Notes: generated by a model from the letters alone, not told the origin. A stretch of 63,781 nucleotides of DNA, filler included, from Stramenopiles sp. TOSAG23-6 (GCA_900128565.1; 9 parts of 9 records of this genome joined end to end with filler, not necessarily neighbours in it), one strand, 5' to 3'; positions 24,601 through 38,387 are shown, counted from the whole stretch's first letter. A program made the numbers and translations.

Positions 24601-27600
24601 TTTTTGAAAATTTGTTAGGTACAAAATTTCCTATAAAAAAGGTTTTACCAAAAAAAAAAAAATGAAAAAATAAAACATACAATGTAGCTGCAGAAATTCC
24701 ACCATCCCGCTGACTTTGAAGAATCAATCTAGATTTCGAAGGACGCGAAAATCGAGAGCAAAACTCGACAGGAATTTCAGTTTGTTGTAAAGGTTCCAAA
24801 TGTACATTTTTACTATTTATTCGAAATGAATTTTGGAAAAATATTTCAAAATTTTCTATAAAAAAAAAATTTGTTAGGTACAAAATGTACTATAAAAAAG
24901 GTAAGACAAAAAATTGAAAAAAAAAATTAAACATACATGAATTTGAACCTTCTAAAACAGCTCGATAGTGCATTGACTCTTTGGATGGGTTTCGGAGGAC
25001 AATTTTCTTTGTTGTTGTATTTCCAAGCATACTTTTAAAGTATATTTTTGTTTTAGGTATATAATTAGGAAGCGTATTGTATAAAGACAGTAACAACAGG
25101 AGCATATCCAGTGGACTAGCATTAATTAAACTTTCCCTTGTTGGAATATATTCTAAATTCAGCGTATTTAAACCTATTAAAAAGGAATCCATATTTGTAG
25201 ATTGTTGTTCATAAAAATTTGAAGAAATTTCTTTTTTAGATCTATTAGTAGTAGACATATTGTTATCCGTGGATGATCGTGTCGTTGCTCTATCAGGTTT
25301 AAGGATTAATTCGGACATTGGTCCACCAAAATCACTTGAAAGATGAGGTGCGTGAGATAGTAATAATGAACACAGTAATACACCATCACTCAAATCTTCA
25401 TCAAAGCTAATTAAGCGCCGACGTGGTTGATCTGGATTAAACTTTGCAAAATGAAATTCAACCCACTTACATAATATATTTTCAGACAAGCTATATACAT
25501 TACTCTGTGTCAGTGAAGAATCGATATTTTTCTTTTTCTTTTTTTTACCATTTTTCTTACTATTTTGAAGCATATTGATGGAATTGCTTTTAGATGATTT
25601 AGATGATGTCATCTTTTGTGTTGTGTCGTCCTCTTCGTTAGCAGTGTCACTGACACCCACTACACCAGGTAAGTTCTCGTATTGTTTCAAATGAATTCGT
25701 GATAGCATAAACACCTTGATAATCTGAAGTGAAATAGTTGTCCAAGCTTCGAGAGACTCTTTTTTATATTGTCCATCGATTTTCTTTTTCATTTCAATTG
25801 ATTCTGGCGATGATGTATCAGGAGAAACCTTTTCATTTTCAGCCAATAGATTCATGACATGACGAGTGTATAAGGATTTTGGTAATAACGCTTCAGGCTT
25901 AACAAAGTGTAATAAGGCACCGTACCCTTTCAGCATTGTAAGCAATGCATTATGTATTTTGGAAAAATATTTCAAAAAAATAAAAAAAAATTTGTTAGGT
26001 ACAAAATTTACTATAAAAAAAAAATTCGATTTTTTTTTTTTTCGGTAAATAAAAAAAAAAAAATAAAACATACATACTGTGCTAATAATTTCTCCAAGGC
26101 TTCGCGTTTCCTTTCAATGGTAAAATTTGGTTTCACTTTATTAGTCACATGCTTACCAGATAAAGATTCAACAATGTTTATGACAGGAATGCCATGCTCT
26201 GCAACAATGCCATCTGGAAATTCAGAAATTGATTTTTGAAAAATATTTTGATTCATCCATTTTAACAAAAAAATTGTTCTTTGATTATTCCATTCAGCAT
26301 TTGCTTTCTCTACCAAAACACTATTTTGTTTTTGTAGACTTTTTTGATTTTTTGGACTTTTTTGGATGTTTTGGATCTTTTTGATCTTTTTGATCTTTTT
26401 GATGTTTTGGACTTTTTTGATGTTTTGGACTTTTTTGGTTTTTACTTTTTGTATTTTTCCGTGTCTCCTCCAAACTAGAATTTTGTTGAATAAATTGTAT
26501 TGCGCTAGTTGATGACTGTGCACTAAACATCCATGGCTTGTCAACATTTCCATCATTTCGTGCATTCCTCACAAATTGGTAATTACTGAGAACAGAGTTA
26601 TCTGAAACACCTGAAATATTAATAGAAAACCGGTTTCCTTCAGTATCCAAAAAATCAACTCGCGCAGTGAATGATAGAGATGTTTTTGATGAAAATGTGA
26701 CTTTGACTGGAAATTTTTTCCTTGTTAAACCTACAAGTTTTCCTTCTGGAAAATCTAATTTAATTGGCATTCTTTCATTATCATTTGGTAAATGATATTT
26801 TACATCAAGGTTTTCATATCCAGCATTAAGCACATAAAAGGTTGCTGAAGTTTTCACACCTAATGGTACCGGTGGTAATAACACTTCATCAACATCAAAC
26901 TCCAATCGTGGAAAAATCCCACCACCTCGTATATTCAATTCCAAATATGGTCTATCTTTATTTCCGTCAAGAAACACGGGAACAGTATTTTGACATGAAA
27001 TAGCTCCTTCAGGTAAGAATGTGATTCGAACTTTACTTGTTGAATCAGGTTCTAAGTGACCATTGGCAGGATCGATCGAAAATGGAGATTTTTGAGATGA
27101 ATTTCTTCTACTCATTAATCCACTCAGTATTGGATTAGGACCTTTTAAATTTGTTTGATCCAATTCCCAACTTAATTTACTTTCAGATGCATTTGTTATG
27201 GTAAAATTGAGGTGGTGCGGTACATGTATTTTGGAAAAATATTTCAAAATGTTTTTTGTTAGGTATGAAATTTCATAGTAAAATACAAAAAAAAAAAAAA
27301 ATTCAATTTCAAATTTAAAAAAAAAAAATAAAACATACTTTTTTCATCGGATCTCTAGAGACAACCATCTTTCCAAAATCGACACTAGATGATGACAGAA
27401 CAATACGTGGACTTACCCCAGACGCAACTACAACTCTTCTAAGCGATGCTGCGTCTTTTATTCCTACAAAGGTGAGTGGCAATTCAAAAGAGTGTTTGTT
27501 TTCGTTTTCAGGTTTATATAAGATGTCTAACATTAAAGGCATTCCAGGGCGTACTGTTAGCTTAAATTGTCTTGGTCTATGTGTATCTTCATTATTATCA

Positions 27601-28403
27601 CCACCATTGCTCTCGCCATCCTTCTCGTGAATCGAATCATCAATAGCAGTTAAAACACTCATAGTGGTAGTTGGCCGACCATCAAGACCAAGAGGTGCTG
27701 GTGCTTGCGTAATTGAAAATTCTGGAAATTTAGTCAAATTAATAAGCATTGCCGCTGGAATATTTCCATTATTTAATAATGTTAGTCTTTGTCCAACTGA
27801 AGCCCCGAGGGCTACATCTCCAAAATCAAATTCATCTTCTTGAATTCGTACTTTAGGTACCACTGCATTTGCATTTATACCTAATTTACGGGGAAGTCCA
27901 CATCGTACATTCACTACAATTAATGATGTTTTTGCATCATACACCCTCGGTTTTAATGCTTCCAAGGTAATAGTCAAGTCTTGTGTTCCACCTGGTAATA
28001 ACCGGCCTTTCTCAGGACTACACGAAATCCCAGGAATGACAGAAGATATCCAAAACACAGCTGGAGATTTCCCAATATTTCGCATTGTTATATTTTTTTG
28101 ATGTGTCAAGCCTACTGCAACTTCATCGAAATTTATTGTAGAAACTTTTTGTTTAAATCCGATTCGAGCTTCTTCCAGGACACCTCTACAAAATAAACTT
28201 TGTGATTTGCCACCTGAAATTTTCAATTCAAGAGAATCTTCCGCTTTGCCCTTTAATCGAGGGGTAAAAGTGACCCCGACATCTATGTATTTTGGGAAAA
28301 TATTTCAAAATTTTTTTACAAAAAAAAAATGTTAGGTACAAAATTTCGTACGAAAAAAAAAACTCGAATTTGAAAAAAAAAAAAAACATACATTTCTTCA
28401 AGC
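21619..28403 (-). CDS. CFAP47: Cilia- and flagella-associated protein 47-like, 5' partial; 5 introner introns and one apparent +1 frameshift near 26321
   Basis: Tandem ASH/Ig-like beta domains plus calponin-homology segments (YSLSENILCKW...FDEDLSDGVLLCSLLLSHAP). Confidence 0.85.
24572..24680 (-). mobile_element. Introner intron GT..AG, preceded by TT
   Basis: Join gives AATLVFNL. Confidence 0.9.
24826..24936 (-). mobile_element. Introner intron GT..AT, preceded by AT
   Basis: Join LEGSNSFRIN is in frame. Confidence 0.85.
25952..26073 (-). mobile_element. Introner intron GT..AT, preceded by AT
   Basis: Join LLAQY|NALLTML. Confidence 0.88.
27224..27338 (-). mobile_element. Introner intron GT..AT, preceded by AA
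   Basis: Join DPMKK|VPHHLNF. Confidence 0.85.
28285..28391 (-). mobile_element. Introner intron GT..AT, preceded by AT
   Basis: Join LEEIDVGVTFTP. Confidence 0.8.
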
Positions 28404-30208
28404 NNNNNNNNNNNNNNNNNNNNNNNNNNNNNNNNNNNNNNNNNNNNTTAATTAATTAANNNNNNNNNNNNNNNNNNNNNNNNNNNNNNNNNNNNNNNNN
28501 NNNTAGGTACAAAATTTCGTACGAAAAAAAATTCGAATTTGAAAAAAAATAAAACATACATCCTCCATTGCTTACTTCCAATGACATATTCTCGACTATC
28601 TACTTTGATGTTGTCCTTTCGAGTAAAACTTTTTTGATTTGGTGGCTTTGTTTTCATGAATTTCGTAATTCTCTTTTCAGGTACATCATTTTGCACGTTC
28701 TGTTCATTTGACTCATTTGACTCATTCGACTCATTCTGCGTGGCTCGTTCAATGGAAGAGTCGTCGTCTCGGCGACGGAGTCGGTGCCTAACTGGAGTAT
28801 ATGCAGGATTTGCATCTGGAGGATGCTTATCCGAGTTTGTCACAGTGTTTTCCTTCGTCAATACACCATCTTCCAAAGTCGAATATTTCCCTTCTACGGG
28901 AGATTGCGAAGTAACTTTAATCGTTTGAGTAGTTTGAGGAATATTTTGATCCTTCGTAAGTTTATTCATAACTTTAATATAATCAGATATTTTACCATCC
29001 ATTGATTTGTGTATTTTGTCTTTTTCTTTCGTAGCAACTTGATTTGCCATTTGGGCAAGCGCATTGGAACGCCCTTTGATGTAAGCTGCTGCAGCTCGTT
29101 TTTTTGCTGTTCTATAAAGTTCTTTTTCGCGTGTATCACTCTTCTGTTTCAGAAGATCTATTTTTTTCTTTGCTTCAGTCTCCAATTCTGTGTTTTTCTT
29201 TTTATGTTTACGTATATCTCGTTGTAGTTTTGATGTGTGATTTCTTAATTGGGTGACCTCTTTTTCGTGTGCCAAGGATTGAAAATCAATCTCATTCTTA
29301 TGTTTAGCAAGTTGAATCTTCAAATGGTTATTGTGTTTCTTTACTTCATTTAATGATGTCACTTGAGTTTCTTGTGCTATTTCGATTTCACTCTTTAAAC
29401 TTTGCATTTCCTGTTCATTTTCATATTTATGCTCATTAAATTGTTTGTTAATGTCTTTGAACTCATCAACTTTTACTCCTAATTTTATTGTATATTCTTC
29501 GTGAATCTCGTTACTTGTATTCAAATGTTTACGAGCCAAAGAAGATTCTTCGTCTCGTGATTCATGTGCTTTCAAAGTTTCATTCTCCAAATGATTTATC
29601 ATACTCGCGTGCTCAGCAAGTTGAATCTCCAATTTGCTATTATGGTTCTTTACTTCATTTAACGATGTCGCTTGAATTTCTTGTAAAATTTCAGAGTCAA
29701 ATTGTAAACTTTGTATTTCCTGTTCATGTTGATATTTATGCTCATCCAATTGTTTGTGAATATCTTTAAACTTATCAACTTGCAGTCCTAATTTTATTGT
29801 ATATTCTTCGTGAATCTCGTTACTTTTATTTAAATGTTTACGAGCCAAAGAAGATTCTTCGTCTCGTGATTCATGTGCTTTCAAAGTTTCATTCTCCAAA
29901 TGATTTATCATACTCGCGTGCTCAGCAAGTTGAATCTCTAGTAACTCGTTAACTTTTATTTGTTTACTTTTTTCATTTACTTTATTTAGTGATTTTTTTT
30001 TCTAAATATACAACACTAGCTTGTTTTGCTTCCGCGAGTTTTGTTTTGGCCGTATGAAGCTCTTGTTGTAGATCTTTATACTGTATTGCATGTTTACTTG
30101 TGATGTGTTCAATATGCTTTGTATGCTGTATGTTCTGAGCCTGTAAAGTTTCAATTTCAAAATTGGTTTTCTCACTTTCGAAAGTCATTTTATTGACCAT
30201 ATCTTTGG

Positions 30209-30850
30209 TGAAGGAGCTGGTGTTACTGGTGTTACTGGCTTCTTTGGTGAAGGAGCTGGTGTCACTGGTTTCTGCTTCTTTGGTGCAGTAGTTTTGCACT
30301 TGGAAATATTTTTATTTAAAGAGAAGTTAGTAGAAGTCTTACCTGTTGTTTGAATCATTAAAGCCTTCTTCGAATCGTACTTTGTCGTAAATTGGCAAGT
30401 TCCTTTCTTGTCTTTCGAATCTTTTTTGTCTTTCACATCTTTTGACAACACTTTTAATTCACACTTGGATTTATCATATGACAAAGTAGTGTCGCAGGAG
30501 GATTTTGGAGACGCTGGAGTTTTACAGTCATACATTACCATTTCAACATCAAATACAGTGGAATTTTTGTCTTTAACTGGACGAAATACCAATGAATTTG
30601 TACCGTGTGTGTAAGCTTTGTCCCATACAATTTGCGTGCAAGAATCATGTTTGGGATTTACACCGAGTGCCTTTGTTACAAAATAACCAGCGGCGCCGAT
30701 AATAAGAGCCAAAAGCGTCGTCAAAATAAAACACTTCGATGAACAGCGGCAAGAACCTTCCTCTCCGCGACGTTTCCCAAGCAATTCTTCGAGGTGGTCA
30801 TTGTTACGATGATCCATTTTTCTGTTTTTGTGTTGATTTTTTATGGCCAC
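30209..30850 (-). CDS. Single-pass membrane protein with Cys-containing ectodomain and PVTPAPSPK repeats, truncated by the chimeric junction
   Basis: TM segment FILTTLLALIIGAAGYFV; Pro-rich repeats. Confidence 0.6.
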
Positions 30851-30944
30851 TCAACAAAACATCCTTTTTCAATTTGTTTGTTTTTGACTTTTTTTGTTGT
30901 TCAAAAAAATAGCAAATAGCAAAAATTAATTTCGAGCAAATAAA

Positions 30945-30951
30945 TACCCGG
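30945..30951. promoter_or_regulatory. TACCCGG promoter motif
   Basis: Lies in divergent intergenic region. Confidence 0.5.
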
Positions 30952-31101
30952 TACCATATAAAAAAATTGACAATTCAATTATTTCGTGTGTATGTATTGT
31001 AACCGTAATCTAATCAGATGCGCCGTGTTGCATATTATTATAAATGCTGTAGTAGTGAAATATTCTGCTTTACGAGACGAGTGGCAAAAAAACACGTACG
31101 A

Positions 31102-34100
31102 ATGACGCAGGTGAGTCACTCAAGTCGCTTTACAAATAAAGAATGGAAACTCCACTTAAAGTTCCAAGAAGCTGCTTCAAGAAATCAAACTGAACTACTT
31201 GAACATGTTTTGATACCAACGCGTGAACGTATGCCCCAAGTGTCCGTTTTATTTCATTTTATCTTATCCATCATATCAATGCTGCAATATTTTCTGATAA
31301 GATTATTTTTTAACTATTTTGTAATTTACATATTTTTCACATTCTATACGTTTGAAACTTGGGCTAACGCATAATGTATCTCGTGACAGTAGCCAATGTA
31401 TAGATGCTTTATATATTGCAGAACAGCTTTTACGTACTGCTCACCAACTTGTCCTGGAGTATCCACCACCATTGAGTCGAATGCAATTTCAGATACGACA
31501 TCGGCGATTAACCCGTATTTTGTATTTCCAAGCAATACACTACATTCCCATTTCCTTTTAAGGCTTTTAAGTCGTTTTAAGTATCATTTATTTATCATTA
31601 TTCCAATTATCGCATTTGAATTATTCATTGATTTTTTGTTTGACATATTTTTCGCGGTATAAGTATTAGTGAATCCGCTGCCGAGGCCGTGTTTAATCTA
31701 TTAATAGAATATGTAGAAGATGATGAAAGACTTAAGCCAATGAGTACAATTTCAATGATTGGATACGATTTGATACGAGCTGCACAGCGAGGTGATATTG
31801 TGACGGTTCAAGATTTACTCCAGAAAAACCCTAACCCTAATAATAATGTATGTTTTCAATTTCGAATTTCGATGTTTTTTTTGGGTTTCGTACGAAACTT
31901 TGTACCAAACAATTTTTTTTTTTTAATATTTTCCAAAAATACAGAATGATCACCTACCGATACATAAATGGTTAAACTATCGCGGAAAAGATGGTGATGG
32001 TTTAACGCCACTCGTTGAAGCTGTGTATGTTTTATATGAATTTCTAATTTAATGTTTTTTTCATACGAAATTTCGTACCTAACGATTTTTTTTTTGAAAT
32101 ATTTTTTTACAATACGTGCTCGGAGGTTATATAGATATTGTAGAGGCACTACTATCAGCTGGTGCTGATTTAGATGCTGTTAAAGGAGGTATATTAAAGA
32201 GGGAAGTGCTCGGAGAAGGAGTCCAAACTAACATAGATGTACACGTATGTTTTATTTTTTTTTTTACTATGAATTTTTTTTTATAGTAAATTTTGTACCT
32301 AACATATTTAAGGTGTTTTTTTTGAAATATTTTTCCAAAATACACTATACGATTGAAGATATTTGTCAGTCAACGAATAATAAAAACATGTTATGCCTGA
32401 TTCAAAAATATCGAAAGACAAGTAAAAATGAAAAATCATCTGTAAAAGAATTACCTCATGTACAATCTGATTTCCGACGTTCAGCATTTCAGAAATTAAA
32501 ACCATTTGAACCGAATATGAAAGATATTCTTGGAGAACTTGAGTTTGAGAAAGAATTAGCGAAAGCTAACATGAATAAGTTTATGCATTTGGAGGAAATA
32601 TTACAAGAAGAAGTTAATACTCTCCAAAATTCATTGAATAATTCGAAAGTTGAAATTTCCAAATATGTAGAAATGCATAAAGTTGCATCCGATAATACGT
32701 CCAAAGTCAAAACGAAGGCAAAAAAAGATATAGAGTCATTACAAATGAAACACGACAATCTCGTTGCGCTCCAGCATGTAAACGAAACGAAGCACTCCAC
32801 AGAAATGTATGTTTTATTTTTTTTCAAATTCGATTTTTTTTTCGTACGAAATGTTGTACCTAACAAATGTAGGGTTTTTTTTTTTCAAATATTTTTCCAA
32901 AATACATGGGTATTTATGCCGATTTAGTAGAGGAACATAATGTAGCACAAACGAGAATAAATGAATATGAGTTAAACGCTGTAGAGCATATATCGCAAAT
33001 TCAAGAATTGTCAAAGCAATTTGAAGAATACAAAGTAAAGAAAACAAATGAAACTACAATGTATGTTTTATTTATTTTTTTTAAATTTGAAATTGAGTTT
33101 TTTTTTCGTACGAAATTTTGTACCTAACGATTTTTTTAGATTTTTTTGAAATATTTTTCCAAAATACATGATTCCCAATGATACAGAAAAAAAGGATTCA
33201 AAAGATATAGCTTTGGAATCTGCAAAACAGCAAACGTATGCTCTACAAATTCAGCTTCAAGAAGGCAAAAAGATGCACATGTCTTCAGAAATTATGCTTG
33301 ATAATGCTCAAAATGAAATAAAGGCTCTTCGAAAGGATCATGTGATAAAATGCAGAACATTTCAAGACAAGATTGGAACCAAAAACCAAATGTACGAAGA
33401 TTTATTACAAAAGCATCATTCAATTGAACATACAATTAACAAAGGAAATATTTCTGTAAACGACGAAACAAGAGACCAAAAGCTGAAGAAAGATGAACAA
33501 ACGTATTTAGAACAATCTCAAATTTTGAGAGAAAAAATTAAAAGTTTAGAACAGAATCATGAAGATAATATTTTGAAAGCTCATAATGACAGTGCACTTG
33601 AGGTAACCTCAATTGCCGAAGCTGCAAAGATTCAGGAAAAATCTATGGAAGCTTTAATTGAAAAATTGAAAAAACAAAATAATTATGTTCCAAATGTTTC
33701 TGGGATGGATTCACGGATGATGAGGATGAAATCAGCTTATAATAATGAGGTATCTATCGCTTTGAAACACTCAAATGAAGTCAAGGAAGCCAAAGATATG
33801 GTCAATAAAATGACTTTCGAAAGTGAGAAAACCAATTTTGAAATTGAAACTTTACAGGCTCAGAACATACAGCATACAAAGCATATTGAACACATCACAA
33901 GTAAACATGCAATACAGTATAAAGATCTACAACAAGAGCTTCATACGGCCAAAACAAAACTCGCGGAAGCAAAACAAGCTAGTGTTGTATATTTAGAAAA
34001 AAAAATCACTAAATAAAGTAAATGAAAAAAGTAAACAAATAAAAGTTAACGAGTTACTAGAGATTCAACTTGCTGAGCACGCGAGTATGATAAATCATTT

Positions 34101-35438
34101 GGAGAATGAAACTTTGAAAGCACATGAATCACGAGACGAAGAATCTTCTTTGGCTCGTAAACATTTAAATAAAAGTAACGAGATTCACGAAGAATATACA
34201 ATAAAATTAGGACTGCAAGTTGATAAGTTTAAAGATATTCACAAACAATTGGATGAGCATAAATATCAACATGAACAGGAAATACAAAGTTTACAATTTG
34301 ACTCTGAAATTTTACAAGAAATTCAAGCGACATCGTTAAATGAAGTAAAGAACCATAATAGCAAATTGGAGATTCAACTTGCTGAGCACGCGAGTATGAT
34401 AAATCATTTGGAGAATGAAACTTTGAAAGCACATGAATCACGAGACGAAGAATCTTCTTTGGCTCGTAAACATTTGAATACAAGTAACGAGATTCACGAA
34501 GAATATACAATAAAATTAGGAGTAAAAGTTGATGAGTTCAAAGACATTAACAAACAATTTAATGAGCATAAATATGAAAATGAACAGGAAATGCAAAGTT
34601 TAAAGAGTGAAATCGAAATAGCACAAGAAACTCAAGTGACATCATTAAATGAAGTAAAGAAACACAATAACCATTTGAAGATTCAACTTGCTAAACATAA
34701 GAATGAGATTGATTTTCAATCCTTGGCACACGAAAAAGAGGTCACCCAATTAAGAAATCACACATCAAAACTACAACGAGATATACGTAAACATAAAAAG
34801 AAAAACACAGAATTGGAGACTGAAGCAAAGAAAAAAATAGATCTTCTGAAACAGAAGAGTGATACACGCGAAAAAGAACTTTATAGAACAGCAAAAAAAC
34901 GAGCTGCAGCAGCTTACATCAAAGGGCGTTCCAATGCGCTTGCCCAAATGGCAAATCAAGTTGCTACGAAAGAAAAAGACAAAATACACAAATCAATGGA
35001 TGGTAAAATATCTGATTATATTAAAGTTATGAATAAACTTACGAAGGATCAAAATATTCCTCAAACTACTCAAACGATTAAAGTTACTTCGCAATCTCCC
35101 GTAGAAGGGAAATATTCGACTTTGGAAGATGGTGTATTGACGAAGGAAAACACTGTGACAAACTCGGATAAGCATCCTCCAGATGCAAATCCTGCATATA
35201 CTCCAGTTAGGCACCGACTCCGTCGCCGAGACGACGACTCTTCCATTGAACGAGCCACGCAGAATGAGTCGAATGAGTCAAATGAGTCAAATGAACAGAA
35301 CGTGCAAAATGATGTACCTGAAAAGAGAATTACGAAATTCATGAAAACAAAGCCACCAAATCAAAAAAGTTTTACTCGAAAGGACAACATCAAAGTAGAT
35401 AGTCGAGAATATGTCATTGGAAGTAAGCAATGGAGGAT
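31102..35438 (+). CDS. Ankyrin-repeat plus long coiled-coil protein, 3' partial; 2 ordinary GT-AG introns (31229-31403, 31522-31663), 6 introner introns, +1 frameshift near 34000
   Basis: Spliced LIRAAQRGDIVTVQDLL and GLTPLVEAVLGGYIDIVEALLSAGAD ankyrin repeats; internal ~100-aa duplication in the coiled coil. Confidence 0.75.
31848..31944 (+). mobile_element. Introner intron GT..AG, preceded by AT
   Basis: Phase-0 in-frame join. Confidence 0.88.
32025..32117 (+). mobile_element. Introner intron GT..GT, preceded by GT
   Basis: Restores ankyrin TPLVEAVLGG. Confidence 0.9.
32245..32345 (+). mobile_element. Introner intron GT..AC, preceded by AC
   Basis: Join DVH|YTIEDIC is in frame. Confidence 0.85.
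32807..32907 (+). mobile_element. Introner intron GT..AT, preceded by AT
   Basis: In-frame join to ORF 32906. Confidence 0.85.
33061..33169 (+). mobile_element. Introner intron GT..AT, preceded by AT
   Basis: In-frame join to ORF 33168. Confidence 0.85.
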
Positions 35439-35594
35439 GTATGTTTTATTTTTTTTCAAATTCGAATTTTTTTTCGTACGAAATTTTGTACCTANNNNNN
35501 NNNNNNNNNNNNNNNNNNNNNNNNNNNNNNNNNNNNNNTTAATTAATTAANNNNNNNNNNNNNNNNNNNNNNNNNNNNNNNNNNNNNNNNNNNN

Positions 35595-36194
35595 TTGCGA
35601 TCTTGCCTTTGATTATTTCTCGAAGCTAGGTAGAACCGGTGGTCGTAAAAATGTAATCAAAGAAGCTAAGATTGCATTTGTGTATGTTTTCACGATTAAT
35701 TTCAAATTATTTTTTTTTCGAATTCATTTTGATCTAACGAATTTTTTTATTGAAATATCTTTACATAATGAATAAAGAATGGTGGAACGATTGTAGAATT
35801 CGAAGAAAAAAGAAAAACTATGGGAGAGGACGAGTTTTTTTCTTTCTGTTGCGATCTTGCCTTTGATTATTTCGTGAAGCATTGCGGGGATATGGGTCGG
35901 GTTTTTCATGCTAAAGCTATTGAGCATTTCGATAAATTTACAATTTATTGTAAAATTTGCGAGACAAGTCGTGTAGGTTGGGATAACCCTGATGGTAGAT
36001 TTAAATGCAATGGATGTGATAAACATTATAAATATAAACCAGAGAATTGGTCAAATACTGCAGCAGTATGTATTAAAATACCACCAAATGTAAAAGCAAA
36101 GGATGTAATACGTGTTAAAATTGAAAACAAAATATTTGGAATTGAAGTACCCGCTGGTATGTCAAGTGGGGAAGATCTTCGTTTCTGGTGTTAG
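35595..36194 (+). CDS. Hypothetical protein, 5' partial, with repeated CDLAFDYF motif and CxxC pairs; degenerate introner near 35682-35770
   Basis: CDLAFDYF occurs in both exons; C-terminal IPP...VPAG motif. Confidence 0.5.
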
Positions 36195-36426
36195 GTTCCA
36201 ATATTTGGATATTGGCAATAATCACAATAAAATAAAGATTTAGATTGACGCAAAAATAATTCTCGTACGAGAATTACCATTTGAATCAATTCGACGTCTC
36301 TTTTGTCGAAGTTGTACACATGACACACCAAACGTTGAGATTCATGTATTCGAAAATAAAATCAAATTTGATATTGACAATAATAGGAATGCGAGTAAAA
36401 TCGTAGGGTTAATTTCTTTATTTAAA

Positions 36427-38387
36427 TTATTTCGAATTTTTATTACCACTGAGCATATCATACACGACTACTTTCATTTGCTTTTTCTTTGGAAAAACTT
36501 TTGTTTTCACTTTTTTTCTAACTTTATTCCAATGTAAATTGTTTTTGCCAGGTTTTGTTTTCAATTTTATTTTTTGAGGATTGGCGTTTTGTCTAAGTAG
36601 TAATTTTTCCCTCGTTACCTTTTTCTTCATTTGTTTGGAATTCAATTTTAGTTTTTGATCATTGGCGTTGTGTTTCAGTTGTATTGTTTTTCTTTTTACC
36701 TTTTGCTTCAAATTTTGGATATTATTTTGTTTTTTTGATTTAACTTTTCTTTTACTTTTTGCTTTCCGTTTAGTATCATGTTGGACATCATTATTTTCTA
36801 GAGGGGTTGGACCAGGTAAATCCAAAATAGTTTTTTTCTTTTTTGTGCTAAATTTCCGAGAATGACTGATATATGGCGTCTTCATATCGAACGTTGAATG
36901 TTCATCGCTCGTAGTATGGTTAAGTAATCTTCGATGTTTCTCCTCATTCTTTCTCCAATAGGTTGCCCAAACTCCATCCACAGGAGCTTCCTCCTTGATG
37001 GATAAATTGTGAAAAATATTTTTTTTTAGTAAAAAAAAATCGTTAGGTACAAAACTTTCATAGTAACAAACAAAAATGAGATTAATGATGAAAACGTACT
37101 TGGATGTCGTATTGAATTTGTCTGTGTCAAAAAAAAACTTTTACCATCATTCTCTTCAGCATCATATTGATTGTTTTTTATAGCTATGCCATCACTTATA
37201 TTCCATTTTCTTTCACAATCTTTTTCTATTTCTGAGAGTAAATTTTCAATATCCAAATCTAATGCCTCCTTTACCAAGTTTTGATCCACTTTATCATTAA
37301 GAAAATTTTCTTCACAATTCAGATTTAAACCCCTATTCGCAAATAATGAACACATTGTATCTCGAGCAGATTTTAACATTTGCTCTTGCTTTAAACGTCT
37401 ATGATGATGAATCAATCTCTTTGATCGCAGTCTATTTGGAGAAGACGTAAAATGATGTAATCTATTTCGAGAAGATTTAGGAGAAGAAGACACAATGAAA
37501 CGCCCAGATGATTTGTTGGAATACGCCGAATATGCTGATAGTGCTTTACTACCTCTATGGCGCCTATTAATACGTTTAGTATTTAGTGGTGTAGTATTAT
37601 CATCAATCCAAGATGGATGGAGCAACTCTGCGTGACTAGACCCTCGACTTGAAGAATTATTCACAACTAAATGTATCTCTCTTTTTTCTGCATCAGATGC
37701 GATTGTCTTCAACATTTGTTTACGTTGTTTCGCTGTCAACCTGAGATGTCTTGTACAAAAACCTCGCCACATTTTCTGCATTTTGGTTGCCGCTACATTT
37801 CTCTTTTTCATTAGTTTTCTTCTTTTTCTACGAGATGTCTTTTTGCGAACAAATTTTGACGCATTCCTTGTGAGAACTTTAGATGCAGCTTCATACAATC
37901 GCTTCTGTGCTTGCGCGCGAGTCCAACGTTGAATTATTTTTACAGTATCACTATAGACTTCCCGACACTGTTTTTCATATTCGGTTCGTATTTGGTGCAT
38001 AAGCCACGCCCGTTGAATTGCTCTTGCAGCAGATGTTTGACGTCGATGTTCAAGAATTAGTCGTCTAGAATCAATCGCGTCTAGAAAACGTCTTGCTTCA
38101 CTCTGAATAGTTCGTGCAGCATGATTAAGCACGAACTCAGCCTGTTTTCGACGGTCGTATCGTACCATATTACGCTGAACTCTAAGTGATAATACGCGTT
38201 CTGCTTCTTCCAATTTATCGAGTTCGCGCTGAGCAGCTTGCATGGACTCAATTGCTTTTTGTCGCAACTTCTCTGTGCGTCGCCGCTTTCTCTCTAATAA
38301 TCTCTGCACAGCTTCCTCTGAGGAGTCGTCGTAGTATTTGCCTACATTAGAACCTCTCATTTGACGAAGAGATCGAAGATGAGACAT
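36427..38387 (-). CDS. IQ-motif coiled-coil protein; intron 37002-37099
   Basis: AARTIQSEARRF, AARAIQRAW and AATKMQKMWRGFCTR. Confidence 0.75.
37002..37099 (-). mobile_element. Introner intron GT..AT, preceded by AA
   Basis: Joins ORFs 37026-38420 and 36427-36981 in frame. Confidence 0.8.

Larger units (their letters stand above)
28504..35494. repeat. Inverted duplication (arms 28504-30208 and 33790-35494), probable MDA fold-back chimera
   Basis: Mirror ORFs are identical; coordinates sum to 63998; CCAAAGA microhomology at the junction. Confidence 0.9.
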
